NCBI GenBank assembly: GCA_965662235.1
Contig: CBFIGY010000032.1
Span: 1-32,562 of the forward strand
Direction of reading: 5' to 3'
DNA from: an uncultured bacterium
GTDB lineage: Bacteria; SAR324; NAC60-12
DNA length: 32,562 nt
A program made the translations under genes and the position numbers. Shown here one piece after another: positions 1-9,276 of this stretch (positions are counted from its first letter, which is position 1; each line of letters begins with the position of its first letter). The notes under the pieces were generated by a model that saw only the letters and a list, made by a program, of their open reading frames with translations, ran no database searches and was not told the origin of the DNA.

Positions 1-78
1 GCCTAAGCGTTGAGAAAATTTTTTCCGGAAAAGTGTTGCCTCATCAGATGCGTAAATTAGTCGACAGAGTCGACACAT

Positions 79-3000
79 TCAGGCCGCCGGCATTGCCTCT
101 TCGAGCATTATTGCAGGCATCGAGTATTCCAGCTCCCATACCATACGAATCGGCCGATCGCTTTCCGCATTGAGTAATGACTTCGCCGGACCGAGATAGA
201 AAAATGGCGCCGTCTCACCGTCAATCCGGCGTTCGATTCGGGCGAAAAAGAGAATGGTATAGCCTCGCTCTTTGAAATAGAGGTAGTTTTGCCCGGTTGC
301 CGACGCCTGAGTGGTAGTCGATTGGCTCTCCCAGTGCAGCTGGGTTGCGCTGATTGGGTAGTCCCGATAGCGAGTAGTCGGCGAAAAGACCCTGTCATCC
401 TTGCGAAAAGTAACCAAGTGGACATAGCACTTGTGGTTCGCTGCGTGAATCACTCCTTGTCCCGTAGGGCCGGCCGACTCCAGAGTTGCCAAGCCCAAAG
501 CGGCCTTGATTTCAGCGGAGCCATAGGTGCCATGCAAACGTAAGAAACAGGGGAATGGCAGGCTAATTTTCGGTGTTGGTGTAATCGGATGTTGCACACG
601 CCAGGTGGCGATCTCGGCGGCATCGGCCACGATAGTCGAATTACGCTGCCAGCGAGCCGCTGATTCAGCAATGCGATCCATGCTAAGTGCTGCAGCGGGT
701 TTTCCCCACCGCAGATAGTGCAGCGCAATCGCCTCCGGTGATTCCATTCCGCTTTCAGGGGCGGCCCCTGCCAGCGCGCGCAGCAGTTGTGGATCGCTAC
801 GCAGGACGATGCGAGGGAGTGCCTTGCGCAGCAGGTTAAGATCGGGGTCGCAGGGAGCTCCCTCTCCCCCGGCGATAGCCTTCCACTCGCTCCAACTACG
901 CCGGCGTAGCAGATCCACCGCTGATAACCCAGTCGCATGAATGAAATTCGCGAAGGTCAGGGGCAAGTTGCTCTCCTGGGCCCATGTTTGAATTGTCTCA
1001 GGAATGAAATGGTTGAGATCAGCAAGTACCGCTTTGACCTTGGCCAACACGCGCTCCCTCGCCACCCGTTCTAGCTGGATATTGCATCCGGGGGGCAAGT
1101 TGGGGAAGTCGTTTTCGATCTCACGATCCATGCGTTGGCGCTGTCGCATCAGCAACGCAGCAAAGCGGGTGTCGAGACGGTAGCGTCGATGGGTTTGACC
1201 GACGAAGTCGAGCACCGTCAAACACTCTTTCCCCGGTGCGTGACGCAGCCCTCGGCCGAGCTGCTGTAAAAACACCGTCAGGCTCTCGGTAGGACGCAGG
1301 AACAGCACCAGATTGATTTCTGGGATATCCACCCCTTCACTCAGCACGTCGACAGTAAAGAGAAAACGCAGACCGCCACTCCGCAGAGCGCGCAGATATT
1401 GCTCACGATCTTCCCTCGGCGTGGCGCCAACCACCGCGGCAGCGGCAATGCCGGCGCGATTAAAGTGTTCGGCCATGTAGTGGGCATGCCTCACTCCGGC
1501 ACAGAACCCAACCCCACGTACCCCATCCAGCTCGGGTTGGTAGCGTTTCAAGGCATCCAGAATAAGATCAACACGCTGTCTGGCACGGATGTCATCGCCA
1601 GTGAATACCTGCTCTAGGGCATCATTCGCGTAGCGTCCGTTACGCCAGAACTGCTCGCCGGAGAGATCGATATTGTCGCTGACACCAAAGTAGTGGAATG
1701 GACAGAGCAGCTTGTCAGCAAGGGCTTCGGGCAGACGGATCTCTGCGGTAATCTCACCATTGAAATCGGGTAGAATCGAGGAGCCATCCATTCGCTCGGG
1801 GGTGGCGGTCAGCCCCAGCAGTCGCTGGGGCTGAAGGTGCTCGAACAGGGAACGATAACTGCTTGCAGCCCCGTGGTGCGCCTCATCGACAATGAGATGA
1901 ACAAAATGGGCCGTGCCCAGCGTGTGCCAGGGTTGTAGGGTATTGAGGCTCTGTACCGAGGCGAAAACGTGTTGCCAATCAATGGGATGTTGACCATCCA
2001 CCAGTAGTTCACCAAAGTTCTGATCGCGCAGCACACTGCGAAAGCAGTCTAGCGCCTGCTGCAAAATCTCCTTGCGGTGAACCACGAACAGCAAGGTGGG
2101 TAATCTACCTTCGGCGATGAGTTGCTGCCGATAGTCAAGCGCTGCAATGACCGTCTTGCCGGTACCGGTCGCGGCGACCACCAGATTACGGTGATTGCCA
2201 TGTTGCCGGGACGCTTGCAGTGCCTCCAGAATTCGCTGCTGAAAGGGGCGTGGGGTGATCTCGGCAAAGAAGCGCGGACCCGTCGCCTCCGGCTGACGAT
2301 AGCGGCCGATAGCAGCGCGAAAGCGGCCAAAATCGGACTCGCTAAAGGGTTCAAATTCACGGCTCTCCCAATAGCTGGCAAACTCGGCACCGAAACGATC
2401 GAGGATATGGGGCATATCCTGAGCCGTGACCTTCACTGTCCACTCTAGCCCTTGGGTCATAGCAGCATGGGAGAGGTTGGCCGAACCGATATAGGCGGTG
2501 GAGAAGCCGCTGTCGCGCCAGAAGTGATACGCCTTGGCATGCAGACGGGTACCGGCGGTGTCATACGACAGTCGTACGTCAATGTTGGGCTGACGCGCCA
2601 GCCACTCCAGTGCCGGGGGATCACTGGCTCCCATATAGCTGGTGGAGAGAATGCGCACCGGTACCTGGCGATCGCACAACTGTTCAAAGGCCGGAATCAA
2701 TAGTCGCAGCCCCGACCATTTAATGAAGGAGACCAGCAGATCGACTCGATCGGCGCTGGCCATCTCAGTGCGTAGTTCGTGTTCAAGCGGCGGATCGCCA
2801 CCTTGCCCTGTTAATAGAGCGCTGCTGTTGAGCGGCGTTACCGGTCGTGGCTGTGCCCGTGACCTGTCCGTGATTTCAGTCAGCACCAAACGATCGCTCG
2901 ATAGCAGTCGCCGGCGTTGCAGATAGTCTAGGCCATCTTGCGCCGCCAGCAACTCGATTAGACGATTGAGCAGGGGAATGCGCTCGGCCGGATCAACCTG

Positions 3001-3174
3001 TCTTAACGACTGTTGCAATAATCCGGAGATGAATTGCGCATAGGCGTGGGGTGCCGACTCATCATCGATCTGTCGCAGGATCGCCCGCAGTTCAGGATTG
3101 GCAGCCAGTCGCTCTTGCAATTCCGCATCCAATAACTGCTCATAAAGCCCTTGTTGCAATCGCTGCGAAATCAC
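79..3174 (-). CDS. PLD nuclease - SF2 helicase - DUF3427 protein (SauUSI-like putative type IV, modification-dependent restriction enzyme)
   Basis: PLD motif RLHAKAY...GSANLS; Walker A ATGTGKT; DEAH; GLTATPER; QQLGRGLR; C-terminal DUF3427-type segment (YRDYPIS..LHWESQS, FFYLGP). Likely GTG start at 3174 overlapping the upstream TGA (GTGA). Confidence 0.9.
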   Translation of the reverse strand: MISQRLQQGLYEQLLDAELQERLAANPELRAILRQIDDESAPHAYAQFISGLLQQSLRQVDPAERIPLLNRLIELLAAQDGLDYLQRRRLLSSDRLVLTEITDRSRAQPRPVTPLNSSALLTGQGGDPPLEHELRTEMASADRVDLLVSFIKWSGLRLLIPAFEQLCDRQVPVRILSTSYMGASDPPALEWLARQPNIDVRLSYDTAGTRLHAKAYHFWRDSGFSTAYIGSANLSHAAMTQGLEWTVKVTAQDMPHILDRFGAEFASYWESREFEPFSESDFGRFRAAIGRYRQPEATGPRFFAEITPRPFQQRILEALQASRQHGNHRNLVVAATGTGKTVIAALDYRQQLIAEGRLPTLLFVVHRKEILQQALDCFRSVLRDQNFGELLVDGQHPIDWQHVFASVQSLNTLQPWHTLGTAHFVHLIVDEAHHGAASSYRSLFEHLQPQRLLGLTATPERMDGSSILPDFNGEITAEIRLPEALADKLLCPFHYFGVSDNIDLSGEQFWRNGRYANDALEQVFTGDDIRARQRVDLILDALKRYQPELDGVRGVGFCAGVRHAHYMAEHFNRAGIAAAAVVGATPREDREQYLRALRSGGLRFLFTVDVLSEGVDIPEINLVLFLRPTESLTVFLQQLGRGLRHAPGKECLTVLDFVGQTHRRYRLDTRFAALLMRQRQRMDREIENDFPNLPPGCNIQLERVARERVLAKVKAVLADLNHFIPETIQTWAQESNLPLTFANFIHATGLSAVDLLRRRSWSEWKAIAGGEGAPCDPDLNLLRKALPRIVLRSDPQLLRALAGAAPESGMESPEAIALHYLRWGKPAAALSMDRIAESAARWQRNSTIVADAAEIATWRVQHPITPTPKISLPFPCFLRLHGTYGSAEIKAALGLATLESAGPTGQGVIHAANHKCYVHLVTFRKDDRVFSPTTRYRDYPISATQLHWESQSTTTQASATGQNYLYFKERGYTILFFARIERRIDGETAPFFYLGPAKSLLNAESDRPIRMVWELEYSMPAIMLEEAMPAA

Positions 3175-4346
3175 TCTTTGCCCTCCAGCCAAGCCTCAAT
3201 TAGCTTGCGCTCCTTTTCGATCTCAGCCTTGAGCTGTGCTTCGCTGGGCAGATTGGGCAGGTATTTGGAGGCAAAGATCTGTTTGCGATCATTGAGTACC
3301 GAGTAGCGGGCGACGGTATCGCACTTTTCGCTACAGAGAATCAGACCGATGGTTGGGTTGTCATCCGGGGCGGTAAAGAGCCCGTCGAACATGCGCACAT
3401 AGCCATCCATCTGGCCGACATCACTATGAGTTATCTTGCCCATCTTTAGATCAATCAGAAGGTAGAATTTCATCCGACAGTGGTAGAAGACCAAGTCGAT
3501 GAAACGGTCGTCGTCGTCGATGCGGATATGTTTTTGGCGGGCGACAAAGGCGAAGCCGTTGCCCAATTCCAGCAGAAATCGCTGCAAGTGGGTGATGATG
3601 GCGCGCTCTACATCTGACTCACGCAGATCGGCAAAGTTAGGGTAGCCAAGAAACTCCAGCACATAGGGGTTCTTGAGGATATCCGCCGCCGATGATGGCT
3701 GTTTCTGCAAGCATCTGCCATCGGCAATGATTTTCTCGGGGTGCTGGCTATGCAGACAGCGCTCGTAGTATTGGGTTTGAACCTGACGCTCCAGAGTGCG
3801 CTTGTCCCAGCCACCTGCAGTGGCCTCCCGCTCATAGAAGTCACGAGCCTTTTCATCTTGCACCCGCATCAGGACGCGGTAGTGGGACCAGGTGAGTTGG
3901 GGGTGGAAGACCAGCTCATGCTCTGTACTCGATGGGGCAAGGCTGTTGTCGAGGGCGAATTCGTCACCCGCCGGGTGATCTTTTTTTACCTCTTTCGCCG
4001 ACGGAAGTTTTGGCGTATCGCCAGATTCGTCACCCTGTGGGTGACGAATTGCCATTCGATTCGGATAGGCTTGATAGAATAGGCGAAAGTATTTCAGATT
4101 CGTCGTCGAAAAGCCTTTGCCATAGCGTTCGGTTAGCCGCTTGGAGAGATTCTCCAAGACCTGCTTGCCATACTCCGCTCGATCCTCACCCCCCTGCAGC
4201 GTTTGAACGATTTCCCGCCCGATCAGCCAATAGGCAGAAACCATATTGGTGTTGACTGCGCGAACGACATTACCCCGGGCCTCTTCAAGGATGGCGATGA
4301 CGCGCTCGAAGAGTTCTCCCTGGCCACTGGTGGCGATTTCTTCCAT
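3171..4346 (-). CDS. yhcG: YhcG/DUF1016 PD-(D/E)XK nuclease domain protein
   Basis: YWLIGREIV, GKGFSTTNLKYFRLFY, LTWSHY, KNPYVLEFLG, FLLELGNGFAFVARQ, IDLVFYH, NPTIGLILC, ASKY motifs of the DUF1016 N- and C-terminal domains. Confidence 0.93.
   Translation of the reverse strand: MEEIATSGQGELFERVIAILEEARGNVVRAVNTNMVSAYWLIGREIVQTLQGGEDRAEYGKQVLENLSKRLTERYGKGFSTTNLKYFRLFYQAYPNRMAIRHPQGDESGDTPKLPSAKEVKKDHPAGDEFALDNSLAPSSTEHELVFHPQLTWSHYRVLMRVQDEKARDFYEREATAGGWDKRTLERQVQTQYYERCLHSQHPEKIIADGRCLQKQPSSAADILKNPYVLEFLGYPNFADLRESDVERAIITHLQRFLLELGNGFAFVARQKHIRIDDDDRFIDLVFYHCRMKFYLLIDLKMGKITHSDVGQMDGYVRMFDGLFTAPDDNPTIGLILCSEKCDTVARYSVLNDRKQIFASKYLPNLPSEAQLKAEIEKERKLIEAWLEGKE
3959..4049. repeat. Two palindromic units inside yhcG, 66 bp apart
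   Basis: 4025-4049 ATTCGTCACCC-TGT-GGGTGACGAAT (perfect 11-bp arms); 3959-3978 ATTCGTCACCC-GCC-GGGTGA (same left arm, partial right arm). Confidence 0.9.
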
Positions 4347-4349
4347 CCC

Positions 4350-4445
4350 TTTTCACTCCAGTTGGCGGGTAGCAGAAACACAACGGCCACCGGGGATGTG
4401 CGATCCACGGGGTTGGCATAGTGTTTTTCGATAGACGCTTGTTCT
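4350..4445 (-). pseudogene. Probable C-terminal remnant of a DrmD-like (DISARM SNF2 helicase) gene
   Basis: An alternative frame reads EQASIEKHYANPVDRTSPVAVVFLLP, resembling the I..[RH]Y....R.FPVAV.FL.P tail recalled for DrmD-type helicases. Recognised from memory, not searched. Confidence 0.5.
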
Positions 4446-4682
4446 GTAGTAGCGCCCCAATTCGCCGGCTTCCAGCTCCTCCACCGACTTGAGCAGGAAT
4501 CTTGCGTTGTTGTTGGCGACGTAGGGGTGTTCACAAGTCGGATCAATGTCCACGCCCAGGCGGACATCGACACCAGCCTTCACGAGGCCGTGGGTCAGTC
4601 CACCCGCTCCACAGAACAAGTCGACGGCATAGACCTTCCGTCCTAGCGTCGCTCCAATTTTAGCCTGTGTTCCGTTTTTCAT
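4353..4682 (-). pseudogene. Truncated DNA (cytosine-5)-methyltransferase, N-terminal fragment
   Basis: Motif I VDLFCGAGGLTHGL and GVDIDP..C..PY..NN are present; similarity ends near GRYYR, before the catalytic PCQ motif IV; only 109 codons. ATG overlaps the HTH stop (ATGA). Confidence 0.85.
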
Positions 4683-4903
4683 ATCTTCCAATCCTTGCCT
4701 GTACCTTCCCTAGACGAATCGACAGATGCGCCACCAGCCTCGACCTAGGCATCAACCTTATCCTTCTTGAACTTCCAGAGTCAGCCCATGCGATGCGCTG
4801 GCATACCGAACCGATCAATCCAGTGATACACAGTGTCACTGCTGACCCCGAGGTACTTGCATATCTCGCCCACCGATAACCAGCGGTCTTCAATATCGGC
4901 CAT
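4679..4903 (-). pseudogene. Excisionase-family (HTH_17) DNA-binding protein with two nonsense codons
   Basis: Manual translation MADIEDRWLSVGEICKYLGVSSDTVYHWIDRFGMPAHRMG*LWKFKKDKVDA*VEAGGA...; TGA at 4781-4783 (family Arg) and TAG at 4745-4747 (family Trp); RBS AGGAG upstream. Confidence 0.88.
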
Positions 4904-4984
4904 TTCTTTCAGCTCCTGTCGGGCGCTTTCACTTTTTCGTCATATCCGCCAGCAGCGCAAGCCTGGTCGTCGAGCACAAAACCC

Positions 4985-5028
4985 CACTTAAATGCACTTA
5001 AAGTACATTTCCCGGAGCCGATTGTAAA
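4985..5028 (-). promoter_or_regulatory. Candidate sigma70 promoter with overlapping direct repeats for the defence operon
   Basis: Minus strand TTTACA (5028-5023), 17 bp, TACTTT (5005-5000); TTTAAGTG repeated at a 10-bp period (5002-4995, 4992-4985). Confidence 0.55.
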
Positions 5029-5507
5029 CCGCCCTCAGAAGCAAAAATGCCGCTCAACGGCAGCACAAAAGCGCTCCCCGTTGCATAGGTGCCCCTCATG
5101 CCGTAAGACGGGCATGGCATCCGATAGGCCCGCAATAGGCCCAAGCTGGAATCAAGGTGCGCCCGCACACCATCACCACCACCACCCGTTGGTACATGCT
5201 GTGCCTGCAAGGTCGGAAACCCTCCAGCCGATCGACGCTGCCCCGGGCCAAGATCAAACCTTCCGGCACTTCTAAGACCGGGAACCCGGCGTGGAGAGGG
5301 GAGAGCCTGCCTGCTCGTCCCCAAAGTGCAGCTGAAGGGGCACGCCTCCGCCTTGCTGGTGGTTTGCCCTAGAGCAACGGACTTGATCTCCCTCCTCATT
5401 TCCTCTAGCGTTTTCAGATTCCTGTTTGGACACACGAAGGCGTGAGCAATCCGTCTTCCTGACGGACCACGGGTCCGGATTTTGTCAACCTCCTGTGAAA
5501 GGGTTCA

Positions 5508-6566
5508 ATGGCTCTGGGAAAGTGGTTTCAAAAACCCACTCTGACCAGCTTGGCCAAAACGTGCGGGTGAGCAGCAAAACTCAGTCCGGTCGGGCTGGGA
5601 AAACTGCTTGAGGCCTTACCGCAGCAACTCGATCCCAATGTCCTGGTGGGCTTTTCCACCAGTGATGATGCCGGTGTCTACCGCCTCAACGAGGAGCAAG
5701 CGTTGGTGGCCACCGCGGACTTCATCACCCCGCCCGTGGATGATCCCTACCTGTTTGGACAGATTGCGGCCGCCAACGCCCTCAGTGACGTGTACGCCAT
5801 GGGGGGAAAGCCGACATTCTGTCTGAACCTAGTGGGGTTTCCATCAGACAAGCTGGGACCTGAGGTCTTGCACGGCATCATTGCCGGAGGCATGAGCAAG
5901 ATCACAGAAGCGGGGGCCGTCCTCCTTGGCGGGCATACAACTGATGATGAGGAACCGAAGTTCGGACTGTCGGTGGTGGGCCTGGTGCATCCAGACCACT
6001 TCTGGCGGAACGCCGGAGCTCGCCCAGGAGACGTCCTTCTGCTGACCAAGCGTCTGGGGAGCGGAGTGCTGTTCAATGCGAACCTCAAGGGCTGGGTGTC
6101 GGCGTCGGCGCTGCAGGAGTGCCTGGACCAGCTGATCGTCCTCAACAAGGTGGCTGCAGAGACGCTTTCAGCGTTCACCGTGCACGCCTGCACCGATGTC
6201 ACGGGGTTCGGACTGGCGGGGCATGGTTTTGAGATGGCAAAGGGATCTGAGGTGACGCTGGAGATGGGACTGGATGCGCTTCCGCTGATGCGGGAGGCAA
6301 AGGAAATGTACGTCCGAGGCATGAGCACTGGCGTCAACCTGGCCAACCGAGCCTTGGTCGGATCGGCCATTCGCTTTCCTGAAGGCGTGAAGCCTCGGGA
6401 GCGGGAAATTGTCTTTGACCCGCAAACCAGCGGAGGCCTGCTGGTGGCTCTTCCGGAAGCAGAGGCCGAGGCGGCTCTCGCAGCATTGCAGCAGGCCGGC
6501 GTGACCGACGCCTGTCGCATTGGTCAGGTCACCGCCCCTCAAGACGTTTCCCTGATCTTCCACTAG
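5508..6566 (+). CDS. selD: Selenide, water dikinase (selenophosphate synthetase), selenocysteine-containing, 352 aa
   Basis: From ATG 5508: MALGKWFQKPTLTSLAKTCG-U(TGA 5568-5570)-AAKLSP...SDDAGVY, in frame with the listed ORF. The TGA sits at the catalytic G[CU]xxK position. DFITP, ANALSDVYAMGG, GGHT, TDVTGFGLAGH and DPQTSGGLL motifs present. Confidence 0.95.
5568..5609 (+). promoter_or_regulatory. Bacterial SECIS element
   Basis: TGA GCAG-caaaa-CTCAGTCC-GGTC-GGGCTGGG-aaaa-CTGC: 8-bp upper stem (two G-U pairs), G-first apical loop beginning 17 nt after UGA, lower stem GAGCAG/CTGCTT. Confidence 0.85.
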
Positions 6567-6596
6567 CCTCTATTTTTCTTGACCGGCACCGGTCCG

Positions 6597-7949
6597 TCAG
6601 CACTCCACCACATTCACCGCCAACCCGCCTCGGGACGTTTCCTTGTACTTGCGGTGCATGTCCTTTCCCGTTTGCAGCATTGTCCGGATGACCTTGTCGA
6701 GAGAGACTCGGTGGTGTCCGTTGCTCATGAGCGCAAGCTGTGCCGCATTGATGGCCTTGTTGGCGGCAATGGCATTCCGTTCAATGCAGGGGATCTGCAC
6801 CAGTCCGCCGATGGGGTCGCAGGTGAGGCCAAGGTTGTGCTCCATGCCGATTTCAGCTGCATTTTCCACCTGTTCCGGAGTTCCCCCGAGCACCTCGGTC
6901 AAGGCACCTGCCGCCATGGAACAGGCTACTCCCACTTCGCCCTGGCACCCTACAGCGGCCCCGGAGATGGAAGCGTTTTCCTTGTAGAGGGTCCCAATGC
7001 CGGCAGCAGTGAGGAGGAAGCGGAAGAAGGCTTCCGGGGTCTGGTGGGGGGTGAAGTGCAGAAGGTAGTGCATCACTGCCGGAAGAATGCCTGCTGCTCC
7101 GTTGGTGGGGGCAGTGACCACGCGTCCGCCGGCGGCGTTCTCTTCGTTGACGGCCAGCGCAAACAGGTTCACCCAGAGCATTCCGCTCGTCGGCCCCTTC
7201 TCTTCACGCAGGCGCTGGTGCAGTCCGGGAGCCCGGCGAGGCACCTTCAGGCCTCCAGGCAGCAGCCCCTCCTGCGTGCACCCGGCCGCAACGCAGTCCT
7301 GCATGACCTGCCAGATGTGCTGCAGTCGCTCACGGATGAAGGCTTCCGGGTGCCACTGCTGCTCATTGGCCAGGACCAGGTCGCTGATGCGGCACTGCTG
7401 CTCGGCACAGTGGGCCAGCAACTCAGCCGCTGAGTGAAAGGGATACGGCAGCTGGACCGGGTCTTCCTGAGCAACGAGGGTGCCGTTTTCGGGCTCAGCA
7501 ACAAAGCCCCCACCGGTGGAGTAGTAGGTCTTCTCAACGAGCACGTCTCCGGACGCGGTAACGGCACGGCAGATCATGCCGTTTTCATGGAGGGGAAGGC
7601 TCTTGCGTTTGTGAAAGTGCAGGTCCCGCTGAGAGACAAACGGAAGCCACACCTGCCCGGCCAGGTGCAGTTGCTGCCGCTGCCGCCGGTCCTGCAACCG
7701 CTCTGGAATCTGAGTGACGTCCACCGTCTCCGGATGCTCCCCTTCCAGTCCAAGAAGCACTGCGGTGTCGGTGCCGTGCCCCTTGCCCGTCAGTCCTAAG
7801 GAACCAAAGAGCTCCACTTCGACACGCTGCACCGCCGAAAGGGGCGTAAGGTGTCGGAGGAACTGCTGGGCCGCCTTCATGGGCCCCACGGTGTGGGAGC
7901 TGGAAGGGCCAATGCCAATTTTGAAGAGGTCAAAGACGCTGGTGGCCAT
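6597..7949 (-). CDS. sdaA: L-serine ammonia-lyase (Fe-S, single chain)
   Basis: [82 protein letters not shown]. Confidence 0.97.
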   Translation of the reverse strand: MATSVFDLFKIGIGPSSSHTVGPMKAAQQFLRHLTPLSAVQRVEVELFGSLGLTGKGHGTDTAVLLGLEGEHPETVDVTQIPERLQDRRQRQQLHLAGQVWLPFVSQRDLHFHKRKSLPLHENGMICRAVTASGDVLVEKTYYSTGGGFVAEPENGTLVAQEDPVQLPYPFHSAAELLAHCAEQQCRISDLVLANEQQWHPEAFIRERLQHIWQVMQDCVAAGCTQEGLLPGGLKVPRRAPGLHQRLREEKGPTSGMLWVNLFALAVNEENAAGGRVVTAPTNGAAGILPAVMHYLLHFTPHQTPEAFFRFLLTAAGIGTLYKENASISGAAVGCQGEVGVACSMAAGALTEVLGGTPEQVENAAEIGMEHNLGLTCDPIGGLVQIPCIERNAIAANKAINAAQLALMSNGHHRVSLDKVIRTMLQTGKDMHRKYKETSRGGLAVNVVEC

Positions 7950-8059
7950 CAGGATCCGGAGGCAGGAGGACAGGCATCACATCAGGGACAACGGTAGCGG
8001 AAAGTCACGCGAAAATCGACTTCTTCTGAGACCGGGCTCCGGAACACCGGCCGCCTGAG

Positions 8060-8704
8060 TCAGTCGTTCCGGACAAAGGAAACGTTGCGTGCCGTGAGGA
8101 GGTAGATCGGGTACTTGATGCTTTCTGAAAGGTACATCAGCAACCCGACGTCCGAGGTCCACCAGTTGGTCTCGTTGTAGATGTCGTTGGGAGCCGGGGC
8201 CATCTGCAGAACAATGGGGCTGCCGGCAAAGACCTTCTCAAATGCCAGGAGTGCGCGCCGCGTGTGAAAGGCGTCGGTCACCAGAATGATCCGCTTCCAA
8301 CCCCGCGCCTCCGCGAAGGTCCGGGCGTCATAGGCTTCATCAAAGGTGGACGTGGCTCCTGCCTTCAGGGACGGGATCACGGTCGGATCGGCGGAGACTC
8401 CGGTCTCTGCCAAGACGGCTTCGGCAAACGCCTGGTTGGTGGGATAGAGGTGCTGGAAGCGAGCGTTCCGGGACTTCTCATCAGTGAGGTACAGCGCCGG
8501 CGCGTACCCCTGACGGAGCAGCTCCACTCCTTGAGGGACCCGTGTGAGCATGTTTCCGGACAAAACGAGGATCGCGTCGGCTCCCGGAGTTGCCGTGTTG
8601 ACGGTGAAGAAGCGGGCGTAGGCGGTCAGGAGCGGAGCCCGGAACACCAGAGCGGCTCCTAGGAGCAAGACCCCTGCAAGGAGGAAGGAGGCGAGTTTCT
8701 TCAT
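8060..8704 (-). CDS. YdcF/ElyC (DUF218) family membrane protein
   Basis: N-terminal TM helix, ADAILVLSG, ST.DEA, IILVTDAFHTRRA, C-terminal E.IKY. Confidence 0.88.
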   Translation of the reverse strand: MKKLASFLLAGVLLLGAALVFRAPLLTAYARFFTVNTATPGADAILVLSGNMLTRVPQGVELLRQGYAPALYLTDEKSRNARFQHLYPTNQAFAEAVLAETGVSADPTVIPSLKAGATSTFDEAYDARTFAEARGWKRIILVTDAFHTRRALLAFEKVFAGSPIVLQMAPAPNDIYNETNWWTSDVGLLMYLSESIKYPIYLLTARNVSFVRND

Positions 8705-9276
8705 GAGGTCTCGTGCAAGCCCTGTTCGGTGAGAAGGGAGTGGAGGAATACGTCGTGGGGGTCACACGGGACCTCCGGAACAACCTGAAACGCGAAGCCC
8801 ACCCCAATGGTCCGTCCAGAAGCATGCTCCAGGAAACGGTCGTAAAAGCCCTTTCCGTAGCCAAGCCGTCCTCCGCGTCGGTCAAAAGCGAGCCCTGGGA
8901 CCAGGATCCATTCAGGCCAGGAGGCTTCCACCCGCGAACGCTGTGCGACCGGAGGTTCCAGCAGGCCAAAGGCCCCGGACGCGAGGGGCGTGTCAGGGGT
9001 GAGGCGGACGTGTTCGAGCGTTGACGTTCCCGGGAGGACGCAGGGAACCGCGAGCTGCTTGCCAGCCTCCCAGAGCCGGGGGAGCCAGCTGCCGGTGTCC
9101 GGTTCATCGTCGGTGCCAAGGAAGAGGTGCAGGCGCTGCACCTGAGGAAAGTCGGGAAGGCGCATGAGGTGCTCCAGCAACTGCGCCGAGGCGTCAGATC
9201 GGTGGGTGCGAGCCCAGGTGTGCCGCTGGCGTCGCAGGTCCTGACGGAGGCGCTGCTTGGGCGCCTGCTGCGTCAT
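8701..9276 (-). CDS. ygfA: 5-formyltetrahydrofolate cyclo-ligase
   Basis: KQRLR N-terminus, E.DT, G.FGLLEP, ILVPGLAFDRRGGRLGYGKGFYDRFL, HD...H.LLTE. Confidence 0.95.
   Translation of the reverse strand: MTQQAPKQRLRQDLRRQRHTWARTHRSDASAQLLEHLMRLPDFPQVQRLHLFLGTDDEPDTGSWLPRLWEAGKQLAVPCVLPGTSTLEHVRLTPDTPLASGAFGLLEPPVAQRSRVEASWPEWILVPGLAFDRRGGRLGYGKGFYDRFLEHASGRTIGVGFAFQVVPEVPCDPHDVFLHSLLTEQGLHETS

Noticed and set aside
21..74. Short palindromes (TTTTCCGGAAAA, GTCGAC-AGA-GTCGAC) and CTCATCAGA shared with about 32100
   Set aside because: Too short to separate from chance; no terminator or att architecture.
4745..4783. Selenocysteine or pyrrolysine recoding of the TGA/TAG in the HTH gene next to selD
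   Set aside because: The positions correspond to family Arg (CGA) and Trp (TGG), each one transition away; not Cys positions and no SECIS seen.
5030..5507. tRNA-Sec, other tRNA or att site at the island boundary
   Set aside because: No cloverleaf, T-arm consensus or integrase recognised. The ATAGGCCC pair and CAC run are too short to interpret.
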